A DNA stretch of 64,000 nucleotides from an uncultured Nitrososphaeraceae archaeon (lineage in GTDB: Archaea > Thermoproteota > Nitrososphaeria > Nitrososphaerales > Nitrososphaeraceae), in contig CAVXZB010000036.1 in the NCBI GenBank assembly GCA_963765895.1, positions 1-64,000 of the forward strand, given 5' to 3'. A program made the translations under genes and the position numbers. Positions 1 to 13,122 of the stretch are shown in pieces (position 1 is the first letter of the stretch; each line of letters begins with the position of its first letter). The notes under the pieces were generated by a model. It was not told the origin of the DNA and did no database searches. It saw nothing but the letters and a program-made list of their open reading frames with translations.

Positions 1-80
1 TAGAAATATTTGCATCAGAATAATCATTTTTTCTGTTTTTAAACGTAAAATTGTAATATTCTCTAGACACAAGCATTCAA

Positions 81-404
81 CTATATGCATTTGCTTTGCG
101 ATACGAATAACTTATCCTTTATCTTTTTACGAGAATATTCAGTATTAAAAGTAGCGTCAAGTATGCAATTTACATTTGCGTCGTAGAGATATTTTGCTAG
201 CAGTGTTAAAATATCATAAATTAATCTTAGCTCTTGTTTTGTATAGGTTGGCCTTGGCAATATCTCTTTTCTGATTTTATTGGTAGATAAAATGACAGCA
301 TTAATTAGGCGAGCAAAATTCATTGATATCGTAGTTTTACCTATTCCGGGTGGACCACAGTTGATGTCCATAACACTCAAGTGACGACGCCATAAATTAG
401 ACAA
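81..404 (-). pseudogene. P-loop kinase (AAA_33 / predicted nucleotide kinase), truncated or frameshifted
   Basis: Walker A CGPPGIGKTT followed by ILDATF; ends well short of a full kinase fold. Confidence 0.6.
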
Positions 405-2513
405 TCTAATCGTTTAATTACATTTTTGATATTGCTTAAATTGACAAAGGTTCGAGTTTACATTCATGCTCATGGACATTTCTTAGGATATTTCCCATGG
501 AAAAATCATACTAACTCAAATATAAGTAGAATGATTGGACAATATGACTGATAGTTAGGTAGACTATATCAATAATTTAATTTTTGTTGTATCTAATCTA
601 GATAGATTAAGGCGGTGATTCGAATAATCACAATCCCGACAAATCAAATTAGAATAGCATAACCAAGGTTAAGGGCATTACGCGATATATAATCTGGATA
701 TCATAACATCATAGTTTATTCTGATTTACTAGTGCTAGGAAAAATATTCGGTTTATGTCAAGTCCTACTTTAGGATAACGAGAACATTTTAATTTCGCCA
801 TATTATGATCATCTATTAATAATGAGAAAGACTAGCAAACGAAGGCTTTCAGAATAACTCTATCGATACAGAAAGATATGTATATAATGGTTCTTCAGCC
901 GCAATAGATTCGCTAATCTCCTGTTTCAATACGAATTGAGAAGACGAAGAATCACATATTGATATGTTGAATTTTTAATCTCTTATGAGGATATTACTTA
1001 ATCGTGAAATAAAATTAGTAATAGTAAAATTACAATATCTATTGAGGTGGATATAGATTTTTCACTCCAATAACTGACTCTAATACGGTAATGATTATAA
1101 ATTATAGAATTCTAGAATATGAAAAGTCAGCTTCAATTAAATATAAAGGCTTGATCTTGATTATATTGTCAAAGGGATTATGAGTTGCATTTTTAGTCCC
1201 ATCGTCAGAAGGCGCAGCTACGTGATTACTAAGGTCGCTTTATTTTGGTGATATGCGGTGGTGGCAGAATAATTACACGAAGATCTGTATGACCAAATTG
1301 CACCATGAACACATTCAAATCATTTTATAAAATTCACAGAAGACAGATTTTATTTATGTGCCGGTTAATAACTTGCTTAATTTATGATTTTTCCACTAAT
1401 CACTTAAACTTAACTGATCAACAGTCCGCAAATCTCTCAATTAATAAATCTCGATTATTGAATAATTATTTATTTGGAGATTCTTCTTTTTTAGATTTAG
1501 AATGATTCTATATTTCTTTATATATAATAATTGAATCTTTCTAAGAAATGAATACCCATTTTAACTAACTTCGAAGTGAAACAGTAGTTTCTTAAGCAAT
1601 GTCTGTCCAGTATTAATATGATAAATCGTTATACTGGACGCTTGGGAGGGATAGAGCATAGGAATCCTAAGAATGGACATCAAAGAGTTGTAGAAAATAG
1701 GGATAATATCAGACACCTTGAGGTTTTTATCAATGGTCGTTGGATACATGATAATAAATGCAGAGGTTTTACGAATAAGGAATGTAAAAGGTAAAACATT
1801 AGTCGCTATTCGTTATTATTCTGCGGTAGGGTATATATCCTAATTTTCCTTTGACTCAATTATGGTTGAGATGTTATTTTGACCAATCGGATGGGTTTAG
1901 TAAGAAAATTGATCATTACATCCGTATTTTTTTAACAGACAATCCAGTGGCACTGGTATATGACAACTTGAGAGAGGTAGGATGAGTGAATTCGTCATAC
2001 TCTTGGTTACTACTATATTGCTTCTTTACGTCATTCAATCAATGTAGTGTACAATTTCACCACTTGTTATACTAATACAGTCTTATAGCGGTGACCACAA
2101 TTTAATTTACGAATACAATTACTATAGCTTTTACTCTTCTTTTAACTTGACTGGCCAATAGAACTAATTTTGACCTGAATTATATAGCACAGTAGTTATA
2201 ATAGTACATTTGGATGGAAATCGAATAAATTTCGACACAAATCATGGATCATTATGTGCAGAATCATAAGAGCTATAAAAAGTCGACCAGAGTGAGAAAA
2301 GAACCTTTACTGTTCGGTTCGTTTATTAGTATACCATACCTAAACGATGTATCATCATCAGCTAGAACAGAATGATAAGTTCATAAGAGACGATGCCTCT
2401 ACAAAGAGATGGACAACAAGTCGAAAGTCGAGATTCCTAAGATAATATCATCCAGTGTTTTAAACTCAAAGTTTCTAAAATCAAGAAACTTTATAGTAGG
2501 AGATTTGTGACCC

Positions 2514-2693
2514 TTGGAAAAAGTTTTTACTTCTCTAAGAACATATGCTCAGACCAAGGATTCTCGTAAGCGCAAAAACAGATTCTGTATAACTTGTGGC
2601 AATATAGCTACTACTGAAGCATTATTTGATGTCGGCGGAGGCGTTAGTGTAATAGAGAAATATTGTGATATGTGCGCAAAACAAGTGAAGTAG
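2514..2693 (+). CDS. small Zn-finger protein (59 aa, absent from ORF track)
   Basis: Manual translation from TTG: LEKVFTSLRTYAQTKDSRKRKNRFCITCGNIATTEALFDVGGGVSVIEKYCDMCAKQVK*; two CxxC pairs. Confidence 0.65.
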   Translation: MEKVFTSLRTYAQTKDSRKRKNRFCITCGNIATTEALFDVGGGVSVIEKYCDMCAKQVK

Positions 2694-3016
2694 CATGTAC
2701 TAACTTTTCTATAAAATGCTACTTATTTATTGTATTCTTAAATACTGGCTACGACATATTTTACTGACAAAGTTATGAGGTCTAAAAGAACCTTATTTAA
2801 GTCCACCATCGACTTTAACTTCTGATCCCTTCCTTGATAGATGATGATACTCCTAATAGATAGTATTAGGATGTAAGACAATACAGAGCATAATCGTTAG
2901 GATTTGAAAGATTGATCTAACAACTAGGCATCTTTCCATGAATGAATTAATGAGATTATTAAAACTTTTCATTACTTGCGGATAGACCTGCCTATTAACG
3001 AGACTAATAGAGTGAA

Positions 3017-3789
3017 ATGTCTTTTTGCGGACCGGAATTTAATGTGAAATACAATACTATCGCAACCCCAGGAGGAGAGGTAGGAATAACCCATACTATG
3101 GAATCACCGGAAGTATACTCGAAAAAAGATGATAGGGTAATAAGAGGAGAAGATATTATGAATAACCAAGAAGAAACAATGATTTCGTCTCCATCACCAT
3201 CATACGATAATCTGTCAATAGAACCGACTGTGAGTACACAATCGTCGTCATTTGATCATCATCAGTATGAGCAGAATTATCAACAACAAAGAGAGGAGCG
3301 AGCAATCCGAAATAAATATGGCATTAGAAGAGACTAGAGATAATATCAGAAACGAAATTCCACGTTTTACTCAAGCTGCTACTGAATACCAAGAACAAAC
3401 TATTGAGACGGCTAGAGAAATAGCAGATACCCTGCTAGAATCACAAAAGCAGATTCTCGGTTCATTTCAATCAGCATGGCTACTTCATATAGATGCAGCA
3501 AATATTTTTGTATCGAATTGGATGTCTCTTGGGCATTATTCACAAATATATGCAAATATGGTTAGCAATTTTGCTGATAATATAATAGTAGGAACCAGAT
3601 TAGCAAATAGCATGATGTTTTCAATATGGAAACATCTAAACATTAATGCTGCAAGCAAGAGATAATACAAAGGAATTATCTAGATCAAACGTGAATGCTG
3701 CAAGATCGTTAGAACAAACATCAAGAGATGCTGCTAGCAATGTAAGACAGAACCTTCGACTTCTTATACTAGAGAATATACAGCAATAG
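3017..3789 (+). pseudogene. helical thaumarchaeal hypothetical protein (possibly phasin-like), frameshifted twice
   Basis: ORFs 3017-3337 and 3252-3665 plus a third frame (QARDNTKELSRSNVNAARSLEQTSRDAA) join into one amphipathic helical protein. Confidence 0.55.
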
Positions 3790-4243
3790 AAGAAATGGAC
3801 CGAGGACTAGAATAAGGACGCTTTTAGGAAACATATCTAAGCTCCTAATTATCTTGATATCACTTGGTTGATAATATTTTATATAATACATCATGTCCAC
3901 TACGAGGTTTTAAGTGCATTGGCAACAAAAAGATCAAGAACAAACAATTTTCAAAATAGTCAATTCAATTATGTGCCTGATTGGCTAGACAGGCAATGTA
4001 ATACTTTTTATTTATTTATTATTATACTGGTGACTGAAAGTATCATCTATCATAACAACCATAGATAAATAATTAACTAATCAGATTTATTAAATTAATA
4101 CTCTAGCTAGCTTGATAATCACAGCACTACTATACTTACGTTTACTTGAGGTGCATACTAGCGCTGCCTGCTCTATTCCTACTCACTAGGAAGTGGTAAT
4201 AGTTTAGATTGTTATCGACATACACATTTAGCCAACTGGCCAA

Positions 4244-4978
4244 CTAGTAACCATATATATCCTCTTTAACGAAGTCATCATATGTTTTGAATATATATCC
4301 AGCCTCACTTTCTAGACCTTGTATTATCTCAAGTTGTTGATCTAAAGCCTCAGGAGGATCATGAGGCGGATGTAAAGCAATACGTAATATTGTCGGCTTG
4401 AACCCTTGCATTATTTTATCATAAATCTCTTGATTCTGTTTAATTGTAGGTTTATTTTGTTCTGAGTCACCAGATATATCCCAGTTCATTACCTGTTGTG
4501 TTACTATCGCAATGTCTCTTTGGATAAGATCAATTTTATCCAAAGATTCTGATACGTCAAAACCCATATCATGTAATGCTTCAGCTGTAGATGGACTAAT
4601 GTGCCATGCAGGAGAAATAAACACTTTGGGTTGCTGTATATCTGCTTCCTTTAATATTGCAAGACCTTTAGCAATTTCTTCTTTAGTTTCTTTAGTCGTA
4701 AGTGTATAATAGTCCTCCACAGACTGTCTATATTCATGATATAAACCATGGAGTGCTATATTTGGTTTATCTTTCATGATATACTTATCGATAAAAATTG
4801 AAAAGGTATCTTTGGTAACCGGATATTTCTTGAGGTAGTTGGGAATAATAGCTATATTATATTTCACGCTAGCTTCTTCTATTCGCTTCATAGTTTCAAT
4901 AGTATTAGATAAGTGGTCTTGAAATGCGCTAACATCATGGATTGTAATTATCCCTATCTTCTTAGAATGATAAGTCAA
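4244..4978 (-). CDS. DUF2334 / polysaccharide deacetylase-like protein
   Basis: IHDV, LHGLYH, FISPAW and RIALHP motifs of the NodB/CE4-like fold. Confidence 0.8.
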   Translation of the reverse strand: MTYHSKKIGIITIHDVSAFQDHLSNTIETMKRIEEASVKYNIAIIPNYLKKYPVTKDTFSIFIDKYIMKDKPNIALHGLYHEYRQSVEDYYTLTTKETKEEIAKGLAILKEADIQQPKVFISPAWHISPSTAEALHDMGFDVSESLDKIDLIQRDIAIVTQQVMNWDISGDSEQNKPTIKQNQEIYDKIMQGFKPTILRIALHPPHDPPEALDQQLEIIQGLESEAGYIFKTYDDFVKEDIYGY

Positions 4979-5638
4979 TATCTAGACGAACATTATGGTA
5001 TTTGTTCATTATTTAGTAATTGTTATCAATATGAGAGTACTTTCTGGTATAACTATATACTATACTAGATCGGATATTTGACTATTATACACTGGAGTTA
5101 ATACTTAATTTAGTATACATCAAATGATAACAACCGGAAAAATTTCGTATTCTAATTGACTATTCATTATAAGCAGTGAACATTAAGCTTGTCTATATCC
5201 TTTTCTAAGTTTTATAAAGTTCTCTCTCCAACTAGTTAATTTGAGTGAATTATTTAGTATATACTGATAAGAAATATTCGTAGCAAGAATAGGGTGTATG
5301 ACATCTTCAATATATCATTCTTTATTTATATTCCAAGAATAGTTTGGGATACTAATAAACGGTATTGGATTGAAGAAGATGAAAAAGACTCACGCCAACC
5401 ACATCCCAGTCCATGGAGCAACAAAATACACATAGTATGAATATGTCTATGATTATGTGATAAGTTCTCGATCGACAAGTGAGTGATAGGCTTTGCTCTA
5501 TCAAATTTGTGCTATCCTTTCGGTCTTTATATATGGTACTATATGAGATATTAAGGATACCACCTCTCAAAAAATATGATCTCCATGATGGTTTATATGC
5601 CTATAAATGTACTATAGAAATGTGTGTGGTAACAATTT

Positions 5639-5971
5639 TTGATACAGAACAGTTATCCAATGATAGAATGGCATGTTAAACATTTGGAGAAAGTAGTTTT
5701 GAAATTTGTAATGGGACTAGCAGAAAATGCAACCTCTTGGGAAAAAAGAAATAACAAACGCTATGGTAGAATAAGTAATGTTTGTAGACAAATAAACTAT
5801 GATATAAAACAAGGTGCTACATATGAACAGGTTACTTTGCTTTTACAAAGAATCCGAAATGATTCTTCCTTTTCCAGTCTTAGAGATAATCATGGTTCTT
5901 TAGAAAGATTAGGTGAGTTGGAGAAATATTTTCAACAGCGACCTGTAGAGACAAAAAGTTGGTGGTATTAA
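5639..5971 (+). CDS. hypothetical protein
   Basis: Intact 110-aa ORF with protein-like composition. Confidence 0.65.
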   Translation: MIQNSYPMIEWHVKHLEKVVLKFVMGLAENATSWEKRNNKRYGRISNVCRQINYDIKQGATYEQVTLLLQRIRNDSSFSSLRDNHGSLERLGELEKYFQQRPVETKSWWY

Positions 5972-7125
5972 TCTACTAGTCAAGATATTTTTTTATAACA
6001 AGTTTAAGTAGCTATTGTGATTATTTGTCTATTATTTTTCGGATTATCACTACTAGGTTATCTTTAAATTCAATTTTTACATTGCTAAAATTTGCTTACT
6101 TTCTAATACCTTTGAATTTTTAGTATTAAATAGAATACGAATGTAGCATATGTCGATACCATTATTCATTGAGGATACTTACATTACATATCGCTCTACT
6201 GACAATATTACAACTTATTTTAAATGAGAAGGACTGTAAGGATAGTAAAGAAATTAATGATATTGGAAATAGGAACCAAATAGATCCAATATATGATCTT
6301 TGACTCAAGTAAAAGAAGAAAGATATATAAAATCAAACAAAGCAATTCTCAAGTTCCAAAACATGTACAATATTAGGTGTTGGATCCGGTAGGCAGTCAT
6401 TCCAAATCTTTTACAATTGATAAATATTACTTGCTAACATAATGTCTGTATTGTCTTTAAATTATCATCCCTTTTCAGCGTTGAATGCCGGATATATCAA
6501 ATACTTGGGAAATGATTTAGAAAAAGCACGATCCTAAAGTCCGATCTCACTTAATTACATACTATACTAGTATTCTGAATCATTCATTCTAGAGGTTAAT
6601 TTCATACTTGTCCAAATTAGAATCTGGATTCTAGTTATTCTTGTCTAGTACTTCACTTATTATGTCGTGTCAATTTTTTGCTTCTAAATCGAACCATGTC
6701 AAAATCCTCTTGACAATTCATAATATCGTGTTGGATTGTTCCTATGCGCAGCTCGTGTAATTTGCACATCAGTCGTAGGGTTTGAAGTCCATAAGTCTAA
6801 AGCAGACTTTTCACTAAGCCTGACAGTCTACCAGTTACGTTCTATTAACAGGCCAGTAGCGAAAATGGTGTTGCCATTGGGTTTTCCATTTGTTTTACAT
6901 TCAAAGACTAGTACAACACATATATTCACTTACTATAACAAATGCGATCTATGTCAATTGTTGAATCAGCTACCTTGATTATTTTTAATGGAGTTGACAT
7001 TTTCATACTATTTTGTCCAGCCGTTAATTGGTATACGGCAAAACTTTCTAGTTAAGTGACAACGTAGAAAGGATTTGGATTTAATGAAATTAAAGAGCAT
7101 TTTTTGAAAATAAATCTTTACTTTG

Positions 7126-7515
7126 TTATTTGTCGTTCTTTAGAAAAATATTAGCTAGTTTGTCCACTATAGTTCCAGTACTGATTGGTTTAATAGCGAA
7201 TTCCTCTGCCCAGTATTCCAGAACTCTAGTCTTGTCATTTTCATCATCGGCTATCACGAATATTTTGATACCTGAATTCAGATGCTTGATTTTGATGATT
7301 AACATCACTCCACTATCTGCTGCTGTCTTTCCGTCCATGACTATGACATCTACTTGATTATTCAATTCCGTAATTATTTCTAGACATTGATCTGCGTTGA
7401 ATGCTTTGAATACTTGATGACCATTTAGCGCAAACGTACCCGCCAGTAGAGTTTGGATGTCGGCATTCTCTTCAGTAATGATGATTCTTAGTTTTTGTGG
7501 TTGCGTGGTAGTAAT
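7126..7515 (-). CDS. stand-alone response regulator receiver domain
   Basis: Frame stays open 50 codons upstream of the track start (KLRIIITEENADIQTLLAGTFALNGHQVFKAFNADQCLE); VIVMD and IKP receiver motifs; candidate ATT start preceded by GGTGA. Confidence 0.75.
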   Translation of the reverse strand: MTTTQPQKLRIIITEENADIQTLLAGTFALNGHQVFKAFNADQCLEIITELNNQVDVIVMDGKTAADSGVMLIIKIKHLNSGIKIFVIADDENDKTRVLEYWAEEFAIKPISTGTIVDKLANIFLKNDK

Positions 7516-8009
7516 TTTATATCACCTGTAATGGATTATTAATTTGATACCTCACTCTTCTTTTATGAAGATATTATATGTATATTTAATAACCTTTTTG
7601 GGGAAGTAACAATAATTTAAACTGTCAACGTATTAAATTCGCCTCGTCGTGAATTAGACTAATAAAGTGGCCGCGTTATGGGATAGCACAAAATTACTAT
7701 GATAATTATTAAGTATTATGCAGAGCTCAATGCCGGCAAATTTATGATTTGACTCTATTACTAAATGTGTAGTTGACGTATAGAAATAAGGAATCTAAAT
7801 CAAGGAATATAGCAATATCTCCTTTATCTCAAAGTTTTGATGGTTTGAGTCTTCCAACTCTAAGACAAGTATTGTTAATATTTATACAATCTTTAAAGAT
7901 AACATAGATAAATCTGACTAAAAGTCTTCTAAATAGAAATATTGTATTGAATATAACATAACATTAATGACGCTTAAGCGATAGAAACAAAAGAATACAA
8001 TCTGAAAAT

Positions 8010-8564
8010 GAACTTCGTAACGCGAAACTGTACTCCCAGCCGGCCAGCCGTATACCGATCTTTATTGCTGCATCTGGGCCTCAGTCCGCTAAGGCAGCTG
8101 CCAAATATTCTGATGGTTTAATTACATTTTTGAAAGCAAAGGAATCTCAAAAAATAATTGAAGTCTTTGATAAGTCGATAAAAGACAACCCAGAGGCGAA
8201 AAATATGAATTCCAAGGAGAAAATTGTTGAATATAAAGTATCTTATTCAGATGATTATGAGAAGGCTCTTGATTCTTCGAAATTTTGGAGTGCTACCTTA
8301 CTGAATAATGCATTTAATGCAAATATAAGCGATCCTCGACAGCTGGAACACCAGGCAAAGGCCCAAGTATCTAACAAGATGTTAAAAGAATCTATAGAAA
8401 TAACTACATCTATTGAAGATTGTTTTAAATCAATAGAGGAATATTTCACTGTTGGATTCACAAGAGTATATGTACATAGTACTAGTCCAGATGAAATGAA
8501 ATTCATTCGAGAATTTGGAAAAAAAATACTGCCATACTTTCAAGGATGGACTAAGAATAGTTGA
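8010..8564 (+). pseudogene. C-terminal half of an F420-dependent LLM-class oxidoreductase
   Basis: NAKLYSQPASRIPIFIAASGPQSAKAAAKYSDG...GFTRVYVHSTSPD; paralogous to 58161-59153; N-terminal half missing. Confidence 0.8.
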
Positions 8565-8839
8565 AAATAATACAGTTTATTTGCATAGCTTTAAAGAGAG
8601 ATAGATATCTATCCTCCAAACAAAAACCAGAGCCGAATCATTTGATAGTCTATATAACATAACACATTTGACGTAAACGCTGTGTCTTAGTGATTAGATA
8701 TTAATCGGAATTTAGTACATTTTTAATCCAATTGTTAAAATTAATCTTGAACAGTGTATGCCATATCAAAAAATAATAAGTTGCAACATCACGTTTAAGA
8801 GCCGATGAATAGAATTTTGGTACGTTACATATTAAAGAT

Positions 8840-10260
8840 TATGAATAATTCATTATCCATTCTCCCACCTTTGGCCATAGTTCTTGATGATCCTTTTTTC
8901 CTATCATCAGGCCTACATGCCATGAATCAATTCTAATATATTTTTATCATGACTCTCTGTTAATACGTCGTTGAGAGCCTTACTAGAATTAGGTTCCACC
9001 AAATCATCATATTTAGCTATAATATTGAGAAATGGCATATTGATATTCTTTAGATTAACGATCACCTTTTAGTAGTAGTATTCCCATGATCTTCTATACT
9101 CATTTTATTTTTAATGAGTAAATTTTGTTTATAGCACCGCACCACTCAGCGAATTCTCTATAAATTTCACCAATTATGGATGGACTATCATATAACCACA
9201 TCTCTGTTGCAAAGAATTCTATTATTGACTCTATACTACGAGGTTGTTCAAAGAAGTGGAAATAATTATGGCTATATTCGATAGGTCTTCTAAGATTAAA
9301 TCCTGAATTTAGTAGCATGCCAGGTACGTTTCCAAATGTGTCTAAAATATGATCTTCATTTATAGACTTTGTCCATAGAGAGAGTAAAGAATTATCGAGA
9401 TTAAAGTCTTCTGGCGTAGCAATAGTTATTACATTTTTACTTTTTCAGGATATAAAGCAGATATGAGTGCGAGATCACCTCCCCAACAGTAGCCAAGCAA
9501 AGATACCTTATCAGATTTTGTAATTCTTCTTATAATCTCTACAGAACTGTCTGTGTATCTATTAACAATGACCTATAGTTAAAGTTTTGTCATATTCTGA
9601 TGGTGTTCCCCAATCTGTGGCAAAGATGTCCAGTCCTTGGTATAACAAGTTCCGTACTACACTTATTTCTGGTAGGAGATTTAGGATAGAATGTCTTTTT
9701 ATGAACGCATAGATTACAAGCACTGGAGGAGGCTTGTTTTTCTCCCTATAATCATGATTCTGCATTGAGCATTTTTCATTCCAGAAATAGGGAGAGCTGG
9801 TTTATCATAATGAAATAACGAACATTTCTCTAACTCACAAATCTTTTGTGAAGGCGTTCGGTACAATATGTCTCTTATTGGTTCTACATAATTATTATTC
9901 CACACTGAAAGCTCGTTTGATAAATACTGATATATTTTCCCCAAACCTATTATCTTGACTAACTCCGAATTGTCGGAAACAATATCTGAAAGACTCAAGA
10001 ATTTTTCTTCTCTAAATTTTTCATCAAAAACTTTACCAAACCTTTTTCTCAAGGTCTTGTCGAGCTCACTTAGGTCGTTCCAAGAGCCATCTAATCTCGA
10101 GATTGTATCCAGGTATACCGAATATATTTCAACAAAAAAATTGAATAAGTTTGCATTGAATTGAAGTGAGCCTGATAAAGCCTGGGCAACTACCTCAAAA
10201 TTATATATAAAAGAAGTATTATAAAAAGGAAAAGATTCTATGTTTTTCTTAGATTTATTT
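8840..10260 (-). pseudogene. phaC: class III polyhydroxyalkanoate synthase with helical (PhaE-like) N-terminal extension, fragmented
   Basis: RTPSQK..LFHY, PVLVIYAFI, DWGTP, lipase box LLGYCWGG (~9480-9500), DDLV (~9000) and HVGLM (~8915); several frameshifts and stops. Confidence 0.85.
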
Positions 10261-10339
10261 GCTCTAGGATTAATAATAGATAATTATCTTCTATAAGGCT
10301 CTTCTACAACGTATTTTAAAGTTAATAACTTGTATAATT

Positions 10340-10945
10340 TGTGTTCGGTTAACAGCGATAAATCTATAGCTGCGAACATTCTCTTATATTCTATAAACTT
10401 ATTTGAACGTAAGAGAATATCTGCAACGTGATGCTGTATGCATTGTACTTTTATTCTAGGTCTGAGTTTCAGAAATACATCTAAAGCAATCCAACCATTC
10501 AAAGGAGGAAGGAGTAATGTTGCTATATAGAAATAGGATTCAGAGATTCGACCCTAGACGTCTATACTGTTGTAAAAGAGTATCTACTTTATGATTGATA
10601 AAACCATGTTGCAGATTGGTTCTGACCAAGAATGGTTATGGGTTGTCATAGAACCAATATACAAACAAATTCTTGGAGTTTATGTACATCTTAAAACATA
10701 AGGATTATTGATAGTTGCTAAATAATGGAGGTCATTAGTGAAGATATATGGTAAACAGATTGTATATTCAGATGGAGGTACTTGGGTATCCTGAGGCACA
10801 CATATCGTTAGGACTAGAGCATATGTTGTATTCACCATATGAAAAGAGCATAGTTTGAAAGAATGTTCGAATATCTCAAAGATGGAACCGAGGCATTTAA
10901 TGATTACTAACCATGTATAAGAGATGGGTTATGCAATTTAGGACT
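10340..10945 (+). mobile_element. IS6-family transposase remnant
   Basis: WLWVVIEPIYKQILGVY and YSDGGTW fragments; co-linear with 24249-24984; ends degraded. Confidence 0.75.
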
Positions 10946-11005
10946 TTTATGAGTCTGCGAAAGTATAGTATCCTACTTTAGTTTATACTTTACGTTATTG
11001 AGGAC

Positions 11006-11719
11006 GGCTCTGTTTACTTAACAATCTTTTCCATAATCTCTCTATTATGCATATCTACAAATAGACTCAACCAGTTCATGACATGTTTTAGCTTAGAATC
11101 ATTTTCTTTCCTACAAGGAAAATAATCATAAAAGCATTCGGTTCTATCTTTTATGTATTATATTGTCCTTTCTATGAAGCTTTTTTCTATTGATGAATGA
11201 TTGTGATGTTTAACATTCGGGAATCTACATGCTTGTGGATACCATGTACCACCATCTGTTGAAATATTGTGCTTTCCATATCATTTAATCAAAGATTGTA
11301 TAAACTGTTGTTCAGCTACAAGTATGTTCCTTTCAATGGAGATGCGAATACTAAGAATAGTCCTATCAGTTGGCTTAATAGCAACCCATAACCATACATA
11401 GTCACTGCCTACTACTCTAATCAATGTTTCATCTATCTATGATAAATTCAGATAGTTTGCATCTAGTTTGTTTGCAATATCTTCCTAGGCTTGTAACGCT
11501 GGATCCTGTTCCAAATAAATGGAAAACATGATTTCTTTTGATAAATTGAGATAGCCTTTATGATAATTTTCGAAGTGATAGGCCTGAAAAGTACAACTGT
11601 AAGGAGTAATAAACATACTTTGATGGGGTCCTACGTCTTTCTTTCTTTGTTTGGATATAGCCATCATCAGAGTGTAGGAAGTTTTCAGCTATAGGTCTAT
11701 CCGTTAAGTGAACAGAGCC
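11006..11719 (-). mobile_element. IS6-family insertion sequence (714 bp), transposase pseudogenised
   Basis: TIRs GGCTCTGTTTACTTAAC (11006-11022) and GTTAAGTGAACAGAGCC (11703-11719), 16/17 match; perfect 8-bp TSD TTGAGGAC; IDETLI, WLWVAI and STDGGTWYPQAC fragments. Confidence 0.9.
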
Positions 11720-11839
11720 TTGAGGACTATCCAAACGTCAATAATTTGTTTCCTTCTAAAAGGCAGAATTTTATTTTTTGCTATAGTTACAAAATGCTTT
11801 TATGGCTAGTGTGATCCAAGTTGCTATTGAAGCAAGACC

Positions 11840-12361
11840 ATGCTAAACCATACCAAGATAGACGATGATACTTCTCAGATCAATGAGATCAATCTTAAAA
11901 TTATCAATATTTTAAAAAAGGATTCCTCAACACCGTTTGTTGATGTAGCAAAACGAATTGGTGTTTCAGATGCAACCGTGCATCAGAGGGTTAGAAGAAT
12001 GATTGAAGCGGGCATTATCAACAAATTTACTATCTCTGTAGATAATGACCTTCTAGGATATGATCATATGGCGTTTATGGGAATAAATATTTCTCCTGGT
12101 TCTGCTGACCAAATTATATCAGACCTATTAAAAATCGAGGAGGTCTTGGAAATGCATGAAATGCATGGTAAATTTGATTTATTATTAAAGATTCGCGCTA
12201 AAAATCTAATTCAGATGAGAGAGATAGTAGAAAATAAGATTTGCAAAATCCCGCATATTCTCGAGTCGGAATTAATGACTGTACTTAAAACAGAAAAGGA
12301 AGAACAAACTGTATCTCTTGAGAAGGATATCAAATACAAAGAAAAGCTATATTTTGAATAA
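11840..12361 (+). CDS. Lrp/AsnC family transcriptional regulator
   Basis: HTH PFVDVAKRIGVSDATVHQRVRRM and RAM domain HEMHGKFDLLLKI. Confidence 0.92.
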   Translation: MLNHTKIDDDTSQINEINLKIINILKKDSSTPFVDVAKRIGVSDATVHQRVRRMIEAGIINKFTISVDNDLLGYDHMAFMGINISPGSADQIISDLLKIEEVLEMHEMHGKFDLLLKIRAKNLIQMREIVENKICKIPHILESELMTVLKTEKEEQTVSLEKDIKYKEKLYFE

Positions 12362-12569
12362 ACCAATTAAATATTCTCTAGCATAGCAATGTAACAAATT
12401 TGAATCGTAGAAAAGACCATGCAAACTGTTCTTAAAAATCTCGAAAAGCTTGTTTATAAGATATGCAGCATTCATATGACTAAGAATAATTGGAATTCTC
12501 TATACTATCTTCGTTATTAATTGTCTTTGTGTTGACCCCAATCAAGTTATTATTCAATATTCACAATTA

Positions 12570-13122
12570 GCTCATTAGCATGATCTTTCAGTGACTTTTT
12601 CGATTTTTTAGAAGTATGCGATAATCCAATCCATTACAAACACAAAATGCCTTAGTGTTAGTTCTGGTTTTGAAGAATGAAAATAATGAAGATTCGTACG
12701 TTTTTAGGTGACCTAGTTTGTGGTAATAAAAGAATGGCCGGTATCTGTAAATATTGAAAGACCATTTTTACCAGTTTCTGCCACAAGTTTGCTCAATGAA
12801 TCGATAAATGAAATGATATCCATGGACGACCCGAAGTACGCTCTACCTGCATCGATTATTATTAGCGATTCCTCTATTTTCGTACTTTTTAACATCAATT
12901 TTATTTTTGACAGTAGTTTTCTGGCTTCTACTATCGAATCATAAATGGCAGAAAAAACTGTATCATTATTTACTTCAAGATACTATCTTATGAGTTATGG
13001 ATACACATTTCTTAGCGTTTTTAGATCACGATACACTATTATATGTTATAATGAGAACCATAAGTGACTCGTTATATAATGAATAATACTATCATATTGA
13101 GATTGATAAGTTAGTTGGCCAT
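12570..13122 (-). pseudogene. MEDS-like sensory domain protein, degraded
   Basis: YGSH..IVYRDLKTLRNVYP, SLIIIDA and GLSIFTDTG fragments; paralogous to 36377-37249. Confidence 0.6.

Noticed and set aside
6481-6960. Coding-like minus-strand stretch with stop codons
   Set aside because: Likely a pseudogene, but no family could be recognised
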